From assembly GCA_903873955.1 (NCBI GenBank), contig CAIQQL010000042.1, positions 1 through 44,099 of the forward strand: DNA of 44,099 nucleotides, read 5' to 3'. Source of the DNA: an uncultured archaeon (lineage in GTDB: Archaea > Nanobdellota > Nanobdellia > Pacearchaeales > GW2011-AR1). Of this stretch, positions 1 to 8,992 are shown piece by piece. The notes below the pieces were generated by a model. It was given only the letters and a program-made list of their open reading frames with translations. It did not search any database and was not told the origin of the DNA. The translations under genes were made by a program, and so were the position numbers. How positions within the stretch are numbered: the first letter of the stretch is position 1; the number at the start of each line of letters is the position of its first letter.

Positions 1-546
1 CGTGAAGTCTTTTTCCTGGGAAGAAGCTTGAATAAGTACATGAGCGCAGCAAACAACATCCATCAGGCCCCGTTCAAAAACCAAGTCACCTTGGTCCCTT
101 ACAAAAAACAACTTGAAAAAGTTGTCAAACGCATCGATAAACATAAAGAGCAGTATCTTGTCGTCTGTACGGGACATCAAGGAGAACCCGGGTCGATTCT
201 GGACAGAATTGCGCGAGGAGCATTACCCTTGCGGCTTTCGCAAGATGACCAGATCATTTTCTCTTCCAAGACAATCCCTACACCCGTCAATGTAGCAAAC
301 CGCGAACAGCTGGAAAAAAGACTTAAAAAGTATAAAGTACGTATATTTGATAACGTCCATGTATCAGGTCATGGAGGCAGGGAGGATTTGCGGGATTTGA
401 TCAAATTGACCAATCCGGAGCATATATTCCCATCGCATGGTGATCCTCAAAAACTTGCTGCGGGATTGGCATTGGCACAAGAAATGGGATACATCAAAGA
501 CAAAAACATTCATGTTCTTGCGGACGGCAAAGGAATAACTTTATAA
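1..546 (+). CDS. rnj: RNase J-like beta-CASP metallo-beta-lactamase ribonuclease, C-terminal part (5' end lies outside the window)
   Basis: Frame 1 is open from base 1 (REVFFLGRSLNKYM...), so the TTG at 28 is not the true start. The C-terminal block VHVSGHGGREDLRDLIKLTNPEHIFPSHGD matches the beta-CASP motif C / RNase J signature (HvSGH...P.HGe). Confidence 0.75.
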   Translation, partial: REVFFLGRSLNKYMSAANNIHQAPFKNQVTLVPYKKQLEKVVKRIDKHKEQYLVVCTGHQGEPGSILDRIARGALPLRLSQDDQIIFSSKTIPTPVNVANREQLEKRLKKYKVRIFDNVHVSGHGGREDLRDLIKLTNPEHIFPSHGDPQKLAAGLALAQEMGYIKDKNIHVLADGKGITL

Positions 547-547
547 A

Positions 548-1105
548 ATGAGGGAAGAAATCTGGGCAGGACTAAAAAATGCCATGGAAAGAGGAGCAAC
601 GCTTGAGCAAGCAGTGCAAAGTTTCATCAATTCTGGATACAGCCCCGGGGAAGTCCAGGAAGCTGCCAAGGCCCTAAGTGAAGGCGCCACTACGATAAGC
701 CAAGGGGAAGTTTCCCAACCGATTCAGCAAAAACCAATTGCACAACCGGTCAAGGAAAGGAAAGAAGAACCCTTGCGAAATGACCTGCCTTCGGTAAAGT
801 TGTCCACTGCAGAATCCCAAGAAGAGGTGAAATCAATCCAGCAGCTCCAAGCAAGCACCGATACTAAAAAGGTATTGTATGTACCTGGGTCCCAGGATCG
901 GGAGGCTAAAGAAAAAGCAGCGGCTAGCCTCCAGAAAAGCACATTGGTCGGTTATGTCCCCTATAACGGTGCCTTAAGCACCCGAAAGAAAAGGATCATC
1001 GCACTCATCATCTTTGTGTTCATCCTGCTTATCCTCCTAGCCATAGGAATTATTTTCTGGAATGATATCTTTGGATTCCTGAAGAAGTTTTATGCAACCA
1101 ACTAG
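548..1105 (+). CDS. hypothetical protein, soluble N-terminal region plus a single C-terminal TM anchor
   Basis: ATG at 548 lies 1 nt after the rnj stop. The C-terminus IIALIIFVFILLILLAIGIIFW is a clear hydrophobic helix. No recognisable catalytic motif. Confidence 0.5.
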   Translation: MREEIWAGLKNAMERGATLEQAVQSFINSGYSPGEVQEAAKALSEGATTISQGEVSQPIQQKPIAQPVKERKEEPLRNDLPSVKLSTAESQEEVKSIQQLQASTDTKKVLYVPGSQDREAKEKAAASLQKSTLVGYVPYNGALSTRKKRIIALIIFVFILLILLAIGIIFWNDIFGFLKKFYATN

Positions 1106-1826
1106 ACTTTCCTTTAACGTTTTCATTAAAACTTTTAAAACGTTAATGCATCATCCGCAAGCAATACTCCTTTTATTGCTATTTCAGGCAAGTCTCACCC
1201 TGCTCTCTTTCGGGTCCTCTGCGATTGTACCATATCTGACGTCAAACACGCTTTGGTTCATCAACACGACAGTATTCTTTGCAGTCTCCATTATATTGCT
1301 TACTTACTTTGTCGGTATAACCTTACTCATCAGCAAGAACAGCATCGAAAATGGGAAGAATGCCTTTTTCCCACGATTAGGCTGGGGTAAATTTGGAAAG
1401 CTGCTTATGTTTTTTATTGTCTTCATGTTCTTGTATGCCGGAACAAACTATCTCATCCTCATTCTTGCCAGCCTCATCCAAAAAACATTTGCTCTTTCAG
1501 GAGTTGTTGCAGCATATTTTGTCTATTTCCCCTTGCTCTTCATTATATATGCAGGGGTACTCCTCTTCCTTCTCCTCACTCCTGCCTTTGTCATTGTAAA
1601 CGACCTTCCCCTCTTGCAAGGACTCAAAGCGAGCATAGTCACCGTGAAAAAGAATTACCTGCTGGTATTCCCTTGCCTCATAGGGGTGTTGTTACTGGGT
1701 TTCGTCTTAAGCAGTTATTTCCAAAACTCTTCTCTCTATCCTTATATCTTCGCAGTCCTGGAAGCGATCATCACTCCCTACCTTCTCCTATTCTCAGCAT
1801 ACCTTTCTCTCTCCACAAAACCATGA
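1092..1826 (+). CDS. polytopic integral membrane protein (unknown function)
   Basis: 244-aa ORF with about 6 hydrophobic segments. It overlaps the upstream ORF by 14 nt and the downstream methylase by 4 nt (operon-like). Confidence 0.5.
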   Translation: MQPTRLSFNVFIKTFKTLMHHPQAILLLLLFQASLTLLSFGSSAIVPYLTSNTLWFINTTVFFAVSIILLTYFVGITLLISKNSIENGKNAFFPRLGWGKFGKLLMFFIVFMFLYAGTNYLILILASLIQKTFALSGVVAAYFVYFPLLFIIYAGVLLFLLLTPAFVIVNDLPLLQGLKASIVTVKKNYLLVFPCLIGVLLLGFVLSSYFQNSSLYPYIFAVLEAIITPYLLLFSAYLSLSTKP

Positions 1827-2368
1827 TCTACGAACCAGCAGAAGATTCCTATCTCCTTGCCCAGGAAGTAAAAAAGTACGCCAGAGGAAAGATTGTTCTT
1901 GACATGGGGGCAGGCTCAGGCATCCAAAGCAAAGCAGCACTTGATTCGGGAGCAAAAGGAGTCCTGAGTGTAGAATGCGATCCCGAATCCCTGCGCCATC
2001 TCAAACAACAAGGTTTGACGGCATTATCTTCCGACCTCTTTTCAAATGTCCAAGGCAGTTTTGACCTGATCATCTTCAATCCTCCTTACCTCCCTGAAGA
2101 CAAACAAGAAGATGACGTTAGCAGGAAAATCACCACTGGCGGGAAGAAAGGAGATGAGATCATCCTACGATTTCTCAAGGATGTCCAAAAGCACCTTGCC
2201 AAGAAAGGGACCATCCTGCTCCTCCTTTCCTCCTTGACACCGAAAAAACGAATCCAGACCCTGCTCACCAAGCTGCATCTTAAGTCCAGAACCTTAATCA
2301 CACTCCCTCTGTTCATGGAAGAACTTGAGGTCCTGGAGATTACCAACCAAAGCTTTAAAATGGATTAA
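1823..2368 (+). CDS. HemK/Mtq2-related SAM-dependent N5-glutamine methyltransferase
   Basis: SAM motif I VLDMGAGSGIQ and catalytic IIFNPPYLP (NPPY) tetrad. The size from the internal ATG at 1823 (MIYEPAEDSYLL..., 181 aa) fits archaeal HemK-related methylases. The tracked start at 1673 runs through the preceding membrane gene in another frame, so I reject it. Confidence 0.75.
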   Translation: MIYEPAEDSYLLAQEVKKYARGKIVLDMGAGSGIQSKAALDSGAKGVLSVECDPESLRHLKQQGLTALSSDLFSNVQGSFDLIIFNPPYLPEDKQEDDVSRKITTGGKKGDEIILRFLKDVQKHLAKKGTILLLLSSLTPKKRIQTLLTKLHLKSRTLITLPLFMEELEVLEITNQSFKMD

Positions 2369-2382
2369 GACCATGTCAGTTT

Positions 2383-2799
2383 ATGAATGAAGAACTCATG
2401 ATGCAAGCCTCTTTTCTTGAGAAGGAAGCACAAAAAACTGAAGAAGAACTTTCAACGATTGAACAAGAAGTCACTGAACTCAAAGAATTCCAGAAGAATC
2501 TTGCCTCCCTTTCAGAAAACAAAAGCAAAACCTTGCTCGCTTCCCTTGGCAGAGGCATCCTGGTAGAAGGGGAAATGACCAATGATAAGCTCTATGTCAA
2601 TGTCGGTGCAGGAGTCATTGTACGCAAGAGTGCCAAAGAAGTAATCGAGATCATCGACAGCCAGAACAACCGATTGTCTGAGGCAAAAGAGCACCTGCTC
2701 AAGAAAGCAGAAGTCCTAGGCAAGAGCCTCCAACAATGTCTGCAGCATATGCAAGAAGAAGAGTCTCTAGCAAAGAACGAGAAGCAAAAGAAAAACTAA
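2383..2799 (+). CDS. pfdA: prefoldin alpha subunit
   Basis: 138 aa with coiled-coil N and C termini flanking a central beta-hairpin block LASLGRGILVEGEMTNDKLYVNVGAGVIVRKSAKEVIEII. This is the typical PfdA pattern (lvplG.g.fv...d.v.V.iGaGv.ve...eA). Confidence 0.7.
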   Translation: MNEELMMQASFLEKEAQKTEEELSTIEQEVTELKEFQKNLASLSENKSKTLLASLGRGILVEGEMTNDKLYVNVGAGVIVRKSAKEVIEIIDSQNNRLSEAKEHLLKKAEVLGKSLQQCLQHMQEEESLAKNEKQKKN

Positions 2800-3596
2800 A
2801 GAGGATGTCTTCTTTCCCGTTCAGCCTGTTTCAAGAAGTCTTCAAAGGGCAAAACACCCAATTCTGAGATCACACTGATAATATACTTTTTTTCAATAAG
2901 CTCAAAAGCGGGGTCCCTTACCTTGATATGTGCGGGTGCGCTAGCCCATACCTCATGAAAATCCCTTTCTTCGATAGGGACAGTCTTAGGAGAAAACTTC
3001 CAGGAGTCAGCAATGATATAGAGAGGAAGATGATGCAACCTGGCAAGCTCAGCGATAGTCGCGCTCCCGATCTTGTTAATGGCGCCTTTGGACACGAGCG
3101 CATCAGCGCCTATCAGCACAATATCTGCTTTCGGGATGGCTTCATGAAACGCGGCATCAACATAGGTGGTAACCTTGATGCCTGCTTTTGCAAGCTCTGC
3201 GGCAGTCAGTCTTCCTTGATACAACGGTCGCGTCTCCGTGTTAAACACCTCAAAAACCCTTCCTTTCTTTTTTGCAAAGATAAGCGCGCGTACGACATTA
3301 GTTGAATGACAATGAGTGTACACCACTTTTTTCCCCTTAAGCAAACGCGTGACCAGGGCATTAATCTTATTTTGAGACCTCTCAAAATGTCCCAAGACTT
3401 TCTTTGCCGGCCATTTCTCAAGATGCCAAAGGGTATTGGAGAGGGTAGGTTCTGTAGGCCTCAGACCCAGCAATATCTTTTTTGTTTCAGGAGTAGGAGA
3501 AAGTTTATAGGCTCGGATGGCGGCCTTTGCAATATTGGTCGCCCCCTGGATCTTGACGTCTTTAATATCTGAAAAAATCTGGTCAGTCTGATTCAT
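2796..3596 (-). CDS. eIF-2B alpha/beta/delta family protein (aIF-2B-like / ribose-1,5-bisphosphate isomerase family)
   Basis: Family pattern GATNIAKAAI...VYTHCHSTNVVRAL...EVFNTETRPLYQGRLTAAELAKAGIKVT...ADIVLIGADALVSKGAINKIGSATIAELAR...PLYIIADSWKF. Confidence 0.75.
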   Translation of the reverse strand: MNQTDQIFSDIKDVKIQGATNIAKAAIRAYKLSPTPETKKILLGLRPTEPTLSNTLWHLEKWPAKKVLGHFERSQNKINALVTRLLKGKKVVYTHCHSTNVVRALIFAKKKGRVFEVFNTETRPLYQGRLTAAELAKAGIKVTTYVDAAFHEAIPKADIVLIGADALVSKGAINKIGSATIAELARLHHLPLYIIADSWKFSPKTVPIEERDFHEVWASAPAHIKVRDPAFELIEKKYIISVISELGVLPFEDFLKQAERERRHPL

Positions 3597-3664
3597 CTGC
3601 CTAGAACACGAATAGACTATAAAAAACTATTTAAGCAGCCATAGACATTTTAAAGTGAAAAAAG

Positions 3665-4519
3665 ATGTTAGAAATGTTGATGAACCCAAAGAAGGCTGAA
3701 CGCCATCCTTGGGAACTGTTTTTTGTAGGATTGTTCTACGCAAGTCTTTCCATCATCCTTGTGCAGTGGATATTTGCAAAGGATGTCGTGCTCTCCAATT
3801 ATTCTGGGATCCTCATTGTGACATTTACGGTCATGTTCTCCATGCCCTTTGTGTACTACACCATCAAATTCGAAGAAACGAAAATTGAACCTACCAGCAG
3901 AGGTTTTTTCTTGCTCAGAGAACATGAGAAAGCAGTCAAGACATTCTTATGGCTCTTTGTAGGCTTTGTTGTCGCATATGCGTTCTGGTATATTGCATTT
4001 GCATCCCCAAATAATTTCAAGGCACAAGTCGAGACGTTCTGTGCAATCAACAAACCCACAGATATCCAGGGTTGCGCTACGGATTATGGGATAAAAAGCC
4101 CTGGAACCACTGCCTATGTCACAGGAGGGGACAGATTTTTCCTCATCTTCACGAATAATGTCTTTGTCCTGATATTCACCCTTATTTTCTCGCTCATTTT
4201 CGGTGCAGGGGTCATTTTTATCCTTGCCTGGAACGCGAGCGTCATTGCGGCAGCCGTAGGAATATTCGCCAGATCCCAACTCAGTGCCATGCCTGTAGGG
4301 CTGGCAAAATATCTGATCCATGGTATTCCGGAGATAGCATCCTACTTCATCGTAGCCCTTGCAGGAGGCATCATCTCTGCTGCAGTCATCAAACATGAAG
4401 CGGGAACAGACAAATTCTGGGAAGTGCTCCAAGATTCGCTCAACCTTATCATTGTAGCGCTGATCATCCTTTTCTTTGCTGCGCTTATCGAGGTTTACAT
4501 CACTCCTGTATTATTTTAA
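3665..4519 (+). CDS. SpoIIM/DUF95-family integral membrane protein
   Basis: Multi-pass membrane protein with the family-typical LIHGIPEIASYFIVALAGG motif near the C-terminus. Confidence 0.6.
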   Translation: MLEMLMNPKKAERHPWELFFVGLFYASLSIILVQWIFAKDVVLSNYSGILIVTFTVMFSMPFVYYTIKFEETKIEPTSRGFFLLREHEKAVKTFLWLFVGFVVAYAFWYIAFASPNNFKAQVETFCAINKPTDIQGCATDYGIKSPGTTAYVTGGDRFFLIFTNNVFVLIFTLIFSLIFGAGVIFILAWNASVIAAAVGIFARSQLSAMPVGLAKYLIHGIPEIASYFIVALAGGIISAAVIKHEAGTDKFWEVLQDSLNLIIVALIILFFAALIEVYITPVLF

Positions 4520-4575
4520 AGATTCCAAACCACATCAACGTAACTACATTCAGGAAATTTAATACGGGCAGAACT

Positions 4576-5928
4576 CTACAACTTTTCGATCTTTGGTCCC
4601 TGAGGGGTGTCTTTGACTTCATATCCCCTCTCGCGGATACGTGCACGAAGAATATCTGACTCTGCCCATTTCTTATCCTTGCGGAGCTTTTCACGTTCTG
4701 CTACGAGTTGCTCAACCTCATGTGGCGCGACCACAAAGACTTCCTGCATCTCCTTAAAACCAAAACAGAGCACCCGGTCAAAGTCATAAAGGAGAGAGAG
4801 TTTCTTATGGGTGTCAAAGACCAGATCATCAAGAGCCTCCCAAATGATCTGCATCACCTTTGCCGTGTTCATATCGTCATTGAGGGCATTCACGAAAGCA
4901 GTATGATACTTTTCCGTGGCATCTTCTCCCCCATGAGGGGCCAGTTTAGTCTCTATCACTTTACGTTTAAGACGTTCATAGGCAGCCTTTGCTGCATCAA
5001 GCCGTTCTGCAGAGAAATCAATCGGCTTACGATAATGAGTAGAGATCACAAAATATCGAATGACCTCCGGATCGTAATGCGCAAACAGATCACGGATTGT
5101 CTTGAAATTTCCTAAGCTCTTGCTCATCTTCACATTATCAACATTGACCATACCATTGTGCACCCAGTAGTTTGCGACTTTTTTTCCAAAAGCAGCCTCT
5201 GATTGCGCGATCTCATCTTCATGATGAGGGAACATGAGATCCATCCCACCCCCGTGAATGTCAAAAGGTAACCCTAAAAGGGAAGAAGACATCGCAGAAC
5301 ATTCAATATGCCATCCCGGCCTCCCTGCACCCCAAGGCGAATCCCAAGCAGGCTCACCAGGCTTGCTAAATTTCCAGACAACAAAATCTTCCTTGTTTTT
5401 TTTGCCATCCGCAACCTTAATCCTTGAGAGAGCCTGTTCAGCATCCATTTTTTGCTTTGAGAGATTCCCATACTCCTTAAATTTTGAAACGTCATAATAG
5501 ACACCGTCATCATCCACAACATAGGTATAGCCTTTGGTTGCCAAAAGTGCGATGAGGTCCACCATCTCCTTGATGAATTCGGTTGCTTTAGGCTGGATAT
5601 CAGGAGCCTTCACTTTCAATGCCGCATAATCCTCGCGATGCGCAAGGGTATTGCGTTTGGTGAGCTGCTCAATATCTTCACCTAACTCGTTGGCTTTCTT
5701 GATGATCTTATCATCGACATCAGTGATATTGGAGACAAAGGTCACCTTGTATCCAGAATATTCAAGATATTTACGCAAGGTATCGAAAAAGACCTGCTGA
5801 CGTGCGTGGCCTAAATGGGGAACATCGTTGACTGTGGGTCCGCACACGTACATACGTACTTCATCTTTATGGATCGGTTTGAATACCTCTTTCTTACGGG
5901 TGAGAGTATTGTACAATTTGATTACCAT
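4576..5928 (-). CDS. cysS: cysteinyl-tRNA synthetase
   Basis: Class I motifs HLGHAR (HIGH) and KMSKSLGN (KMSKS). The CysRS-typical blocks CGPTVNDVPHLGHAR and WHIECSAM are present. Confidence 0.92.
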   Translation of the reverse strand: MVIKLYNTLTRKKEVFKPIHKDEVRMYVCGPTVNDVPHLGHARQQVFFDTLRKYLEYSGYKVTFVSNITDVDDKIIKKANELGEDIEQLTKRNTLAHREDYAALKVKAPDIQPKATEFIKEMVDLIALLATKGYTYVVDDDGVYYDVSKFKEYGNLSKQKMDAEQALSRIKVADGKKNKEDFVVWKFSKPGEPAWDSPWGAGRPGWHIECSAMSSSLLGLPFDIHGGGMDLMFPHHEDEIAQSEAAFGKKVANYWVHNGMVNVDNVKMSKSLGNFKTIRDLFAHYDPEVIRYFVISTHYRKPIDFSAERLDAAKAAYERLKRKVIETKLAPHGGEDATEKYHTAFVNALNDDMNTAKVMQIIWEALDDLVFDTHKKLSLLYDFDRVLCFGFKEMQEVFVVAPHEVEQLVAEREKLRKDKKWAESDILRARIRERGYEVKDTPQGPKIEKL

Positions 5929-5950
5929 GAATGTTGAGAAGGCAGGTTCA

Positions 5951-5958
5951 TTTATAAT
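5951..5958 (-). promoter_or_regulatory. candidate archaeal TATA box for cysS
   Basis: On the minus strand, ATTATAAA is centred about 25 nt upstream of the cysS ATG (5928). This geometry is typical of leaderless archaeal transcripts. Confidence 0.35.
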
Positions 5959-6093
5959 ATTTTGCTCTTTTTTCTCAAGGATTAACTTTAAATAGCCAGT
6001 TTTATTATTTTAAGTGAATAAATATAACACGGTTTAAAACGTGGGCTAAGAAATAGCTTACAAAGTCTATTTCTTTATTTACCTATTATTACA

Positions 6094-7368
6094 ATGGAAA
6101 AATTCAAGTCCTTAGGACTTAGCGAGGCATTCCTTGCTGAAATTGTGAAAGCAAAGTTTACTGAACCCAGTGAGATTCAAGAAAAAACAATTCCTTTAGT
6201 GTTAGCTGGAAATGATGTCATCGGGGGTTCAGCGACAGGTTCTGGAAAAACACTGGCTTTCGGTGCAGGCATTATTGAAAAAGTTGAGAAAGGCCAAGGA
6301 TTACAATCACTTATTTTGACTCCTACCCGTGAACTTGCTGAGCAGATCACCACCGTTTTACGCACATTTTCTGCCTATAAAGGCCTGGATATTGCCTCCG
6401 TCTATGGTGGCGTAGGCATCAATCCCCAGATCAGGGCCCTTGAATACGCAGATATCGCAATTGCAACTCCTGGAAGAGTCCTTGACCATTTAGAACGTGG
6501 CACTATCAACCTCAGCAGAGTCAAAATCCTTGTCCTTGATGAAGCAGATCGCATGCTTGACATGGGCTTTATCGATGATGTAGAAAAGATCATCAAGCAT
6601 TGCCCTAAGGAACGTCAGACGCTCCTTTTTTCCGCAACAATCTCACAGGAGATCAGCCGTATGGCGCAGCATTACATGAAAAATCCTATAGAGATAAGCG
6701 TCACCCACTTTGTCGATCCTTCTAAATTGAAGCAAGTGTATTATGATACTCCAAAAGAGATCAAGTTCTCCTTGCTCGTTCATCTCCTTACCCAGGAAAG
6801 AACAGGGCTGGTCATGGTATTTTGTAACACGAGAGATAATGCTGATTTTGTCGCCAGACATCTTGGGCGTGAGGGCATTGATGCGATGTCCATCCATGGA
6901 GGATTGTCCCAGGAAAAACGAAACCACATCATGGAACTATTCCATGAAAACAAGAACGCACATGTCCTGGTATGCACGGATGTTGCCGCACGAGGTCTGG
7001 ACATCAAGGGCATCTCCCATGTCTATAATTATGATATTCCGAAAACAAGCGAAGAGTATATCCATCGTATCGGAAGGACGGCACGTGCTGGCAAGGACGG
7101 GATTGCAGTAAGCATCGTTGCTTCGAGAGATTACGAAAATTTCAGGCGTGTCCTTGAAGGCGATGGAATAAAAATTGAGTCGCTCCCAGTCCCAGAAGTC
7201 CGCAGAATATTCCTCAAAATAGAACCAAGAGGAAATTTTGGCGGGAACAGGTCCTTTGGTGGACGTTCTGGCGGAAGAAGTTTTAGGGGCGGATCTTCAC
7301 GAGGCGGGTCATCACATGGCAGGGCTGGCGGATCACGTGGATTTTCTAGAAGCACTTCTCGACGATAA
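6094..7368 (+). CDS. DEAD-box ATP-dependent RNA helicase with C-terminal RGG/RS-rich tail
   Basis: Q motif FTEPSEIQ, motif I SATGSGKT, Ia PTRELA, II VLDEADRM, III SAT, VI HRIGRTARAG. The tail reads GGNRSFGGRSGGRSFRGGSSRGGSSHGRAGGSRGFSR. Confidence 0.9.
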   Translation: MEKFKSLGLSEAFLAEIVKAKFTEPSEIQEKTIPLVLAGNDVIGGSATGSGKTLAFGAGIIEKVEKGQGLQSLILTPTRELAEQITTVLRTFSAYKGLDIASVYGGVGINPQIRALEYADIAIATPGRVLDHLERGTINLSRVKILVLDEADRMLDMGFIDDVEKIIKHCPKERQTLLFSATISQEISRMAQHYMKNPIEISVTHFVDPSKLKQVYYDTPKEIKFSLLVHLLTQERTGLVMVFCNTRDNADFVARHLGREGIDAMSIHGGLSQEKRNHIMELFHENKNAHVLVCTDVAARGLDIKGISHVYNYDIPKTSEEYIHRIGRTARAGKDGIAVSIVASRDYENFRRVLEGDGIKIESLPVPEVRRIFLKIEPRGNFGGNRSFGGRSGGRSFRGGSSRGGSSHGRAGGSRGFSRSTSRR

Positions 7369-8298
7369 AGATTCTGCAAAAGCAACAATCTCCTTGAACG
7401 TCTTTTTTTGCATCAGTTCATTACGAAGCTGTCCACCGCCTTCAATTCCTTTGATGAACTTACAACAAAGATATTTTAACCTAGGAACATCCGGTTCAGG
7501 AAAGTATTTTTCAACAAGTTTCAGGTAATTATTGAGCAAGATCAGGTTCTTCTTTGGATTGAATTCTGGTTGCTTTCCAGTCTTGAGATACCTGAGCATC
7601 CTTCTAAAAATATCCGGATCCCCTATTGCTGCTCGCGCAACCATTGCCCCATCTGCAATCTCAAGCATGTGTTTGGCATCGGCCCCAGAAAAGACATCTC
7701 CGTTTCCGATAACCGGGATACCGACCTGTTTCTTGACTTTGGCAATCTCATCCCATTGTGCCCTGACATTGTACCCCTGGTTTGCCAGACGACCATGCAC
7801 CGTAAGCGCATCTGCTCCAGCATGCTCTATCTCTTTTGCCAGCTTGCAAACATTATTTTTCTTAAAACCTAGACGGATCTTAGCTGTCACCACATATCCT
7901 GCTGACTTGAGCGACCTGACCATGGTGCCAATTTTCTTAGGTTCTCGCAGCAGATAGCTTCCTGAATTGTTTCCGATAATACGATCAGAAGGGCAGCCAC
8001 AGTTAAGGTCAACAAGATCATAAGATTTTAAGTGAGGTATCAGGGACTGAATGTCTTTCAGATTGTTTCCCGTTATCTGGATCCCTAAAGGACGGTCAGC
8101 TTTTGCAGTGAGCAGTAATTGTTTTGTCTTTTTGTTTTCATGCAGAATGGCCCCCGCGTTTATCATTTCAGTATAGGCTAAAGCAGCACCAGACTTCCTG
8201 CAAAGCAGCCTGTAAGGCAGGTCTGTAACCTCAACCATTGGGGCTAACAAGAGCCGATTCTTCAAGAGAATATTTCCTATCCTGAACTTTTCTTGCAT
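7333..8298 (-). CDS. dus: tRNA-dihydrouridine synthase (Dus family flavoenzyme)
   Basis: LAPMVEVTDLPYRLLCRKSGAALAYTEMI and VDLNCGCP motifs, and a TIM-barrel-length ORF (321 aa). Confidence 0.8.
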   Translation of the reverse strand: MQEKFRIGNILLKNRLLLAPMVEVTDLPYRLLCRKSGAALAYTEMINAGAILHENKKTKQLLLTAKADRPLGIQITGNNLKDIQSLIPHLKSYDLVDLNCGCPSDRIIGNNSGSYLLREPKKIGTMVRSLKSAGYVVTAKIRLGFKKNNVCKLAKEIEHAGADALTVHGRLANQGYNVRAQWDEIAKVKKQVGIPVIGNGDVFSGADAKHMLEIADGAMVARAAIGDPDIFRRMLRYLKTGKQPEFNPKKNLILLNNYLKLVEKYFPEPDVPRLKYLCCKFIKGIEGGGQLRNELMQKKTFKEIVAFAESLSSRSASRKST

Positions 8299-8387
8299 GG
8301 ATATAGTTACGCAGCGAGGTTTTATAGTCTTTCCTTACCCAAGTATCCTTATCTGACCTTAGAAAAAAGATTGAAATGCTTCAAGCC

Positions 8388-8741
8388 TCATAAACCGAAA
8401 AAAAGAGCACCTAAAACAAATGAAGACAGATTCATGATGAAAGATAAGAGCAAGAGTTTACCTTTGGACCTATTGTCAAAAGAATACATCAAGATAGCCC
8501 ATTCAACAAGAACAACGCCCAGCTCCAAAATGATAATGAAAGCAAGACTATACGGAAGAACATGAAAGACGCGGTCCATCAAAAGAAGATAATTAACAGC
8601 GGGATTGGTGATGACATTAATCAGGATAACAATCCCAATTGAAAACTTGTCTCTATATCCAAAAAGAAAAGCGACAAAAGTTTCGATAGCGATAGTAACA
8701 AAAAAAGGGAAAAGAAGATTATTTATGAGACTTTCGAACAT
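8388..8741 (-). CDS. small integral membrane protein (about 4 TM)
   Basis: ATG-started 117-aa ORF that is almost entirely hydrophobic helices. The overlapping plus-strand ORF 8293..8565 has no such structure. Confidence 0.45.
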   Translation of the reverse strand: MFESLINNLLFPFFVTIAIETFVAFLFGYRDKFSIGIVILINVITNPAVNYLLLMDRVFHVLPYSLAFIIILELGVVLVEWAILMYSFDNRSKGKLLLLSFIMNLSSFVLGALFFGL

Positions 8742-8937
8742 GTTTCTTCTTCGTGCTCCTGATGATTGTCCAGGCCACGATTATCCCGATGAGAATCACT
8801 ATTCCCGCAATGATGATGAAATTTCTTGAGACCTCCCTTTGGACCAATTGCCCTGGAGAGATTACGTCTGCACTAACCAAGTTTAGACTGCACAGACCGA
8901 CTGCTATTCCGGTATAAAACCGTCTTAAGTCCATCAT
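8719..8937 (-). CDS. small secreted or C-terminally anchored membrane protein
   Basis: 72 aa with an N-terminal signal-like segment (IAVGLCSLNLVSA), a C-terminal TM (FIIIAGIVILIGIIVAWTII) and a basic tail. Confidence 0.4.
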   Translation of the reverse strand: MMDLRRFYTGIAVGLCSLNLVSADVISPGQLVQREVSRNFIIIAGIVILIGIIVAWTIIRSTKKKHVRKSHK

Positions 8938-8992
8938 ATAAATGAGGGCAGTTACTTAATAAGGATTACGATAGATTCAATCAGGATGGGAG

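Noticed and set aside
1673-1822. Tracked upstream start (1673) for the methyltransferase.
   Set aside because: The 50 extra codons are an alternative frame of the preceding membrane-protein gene. The methylase homology starts at MIYEPAEDSY (ATG 1823, a 4-nt overlap with the upstream stop).
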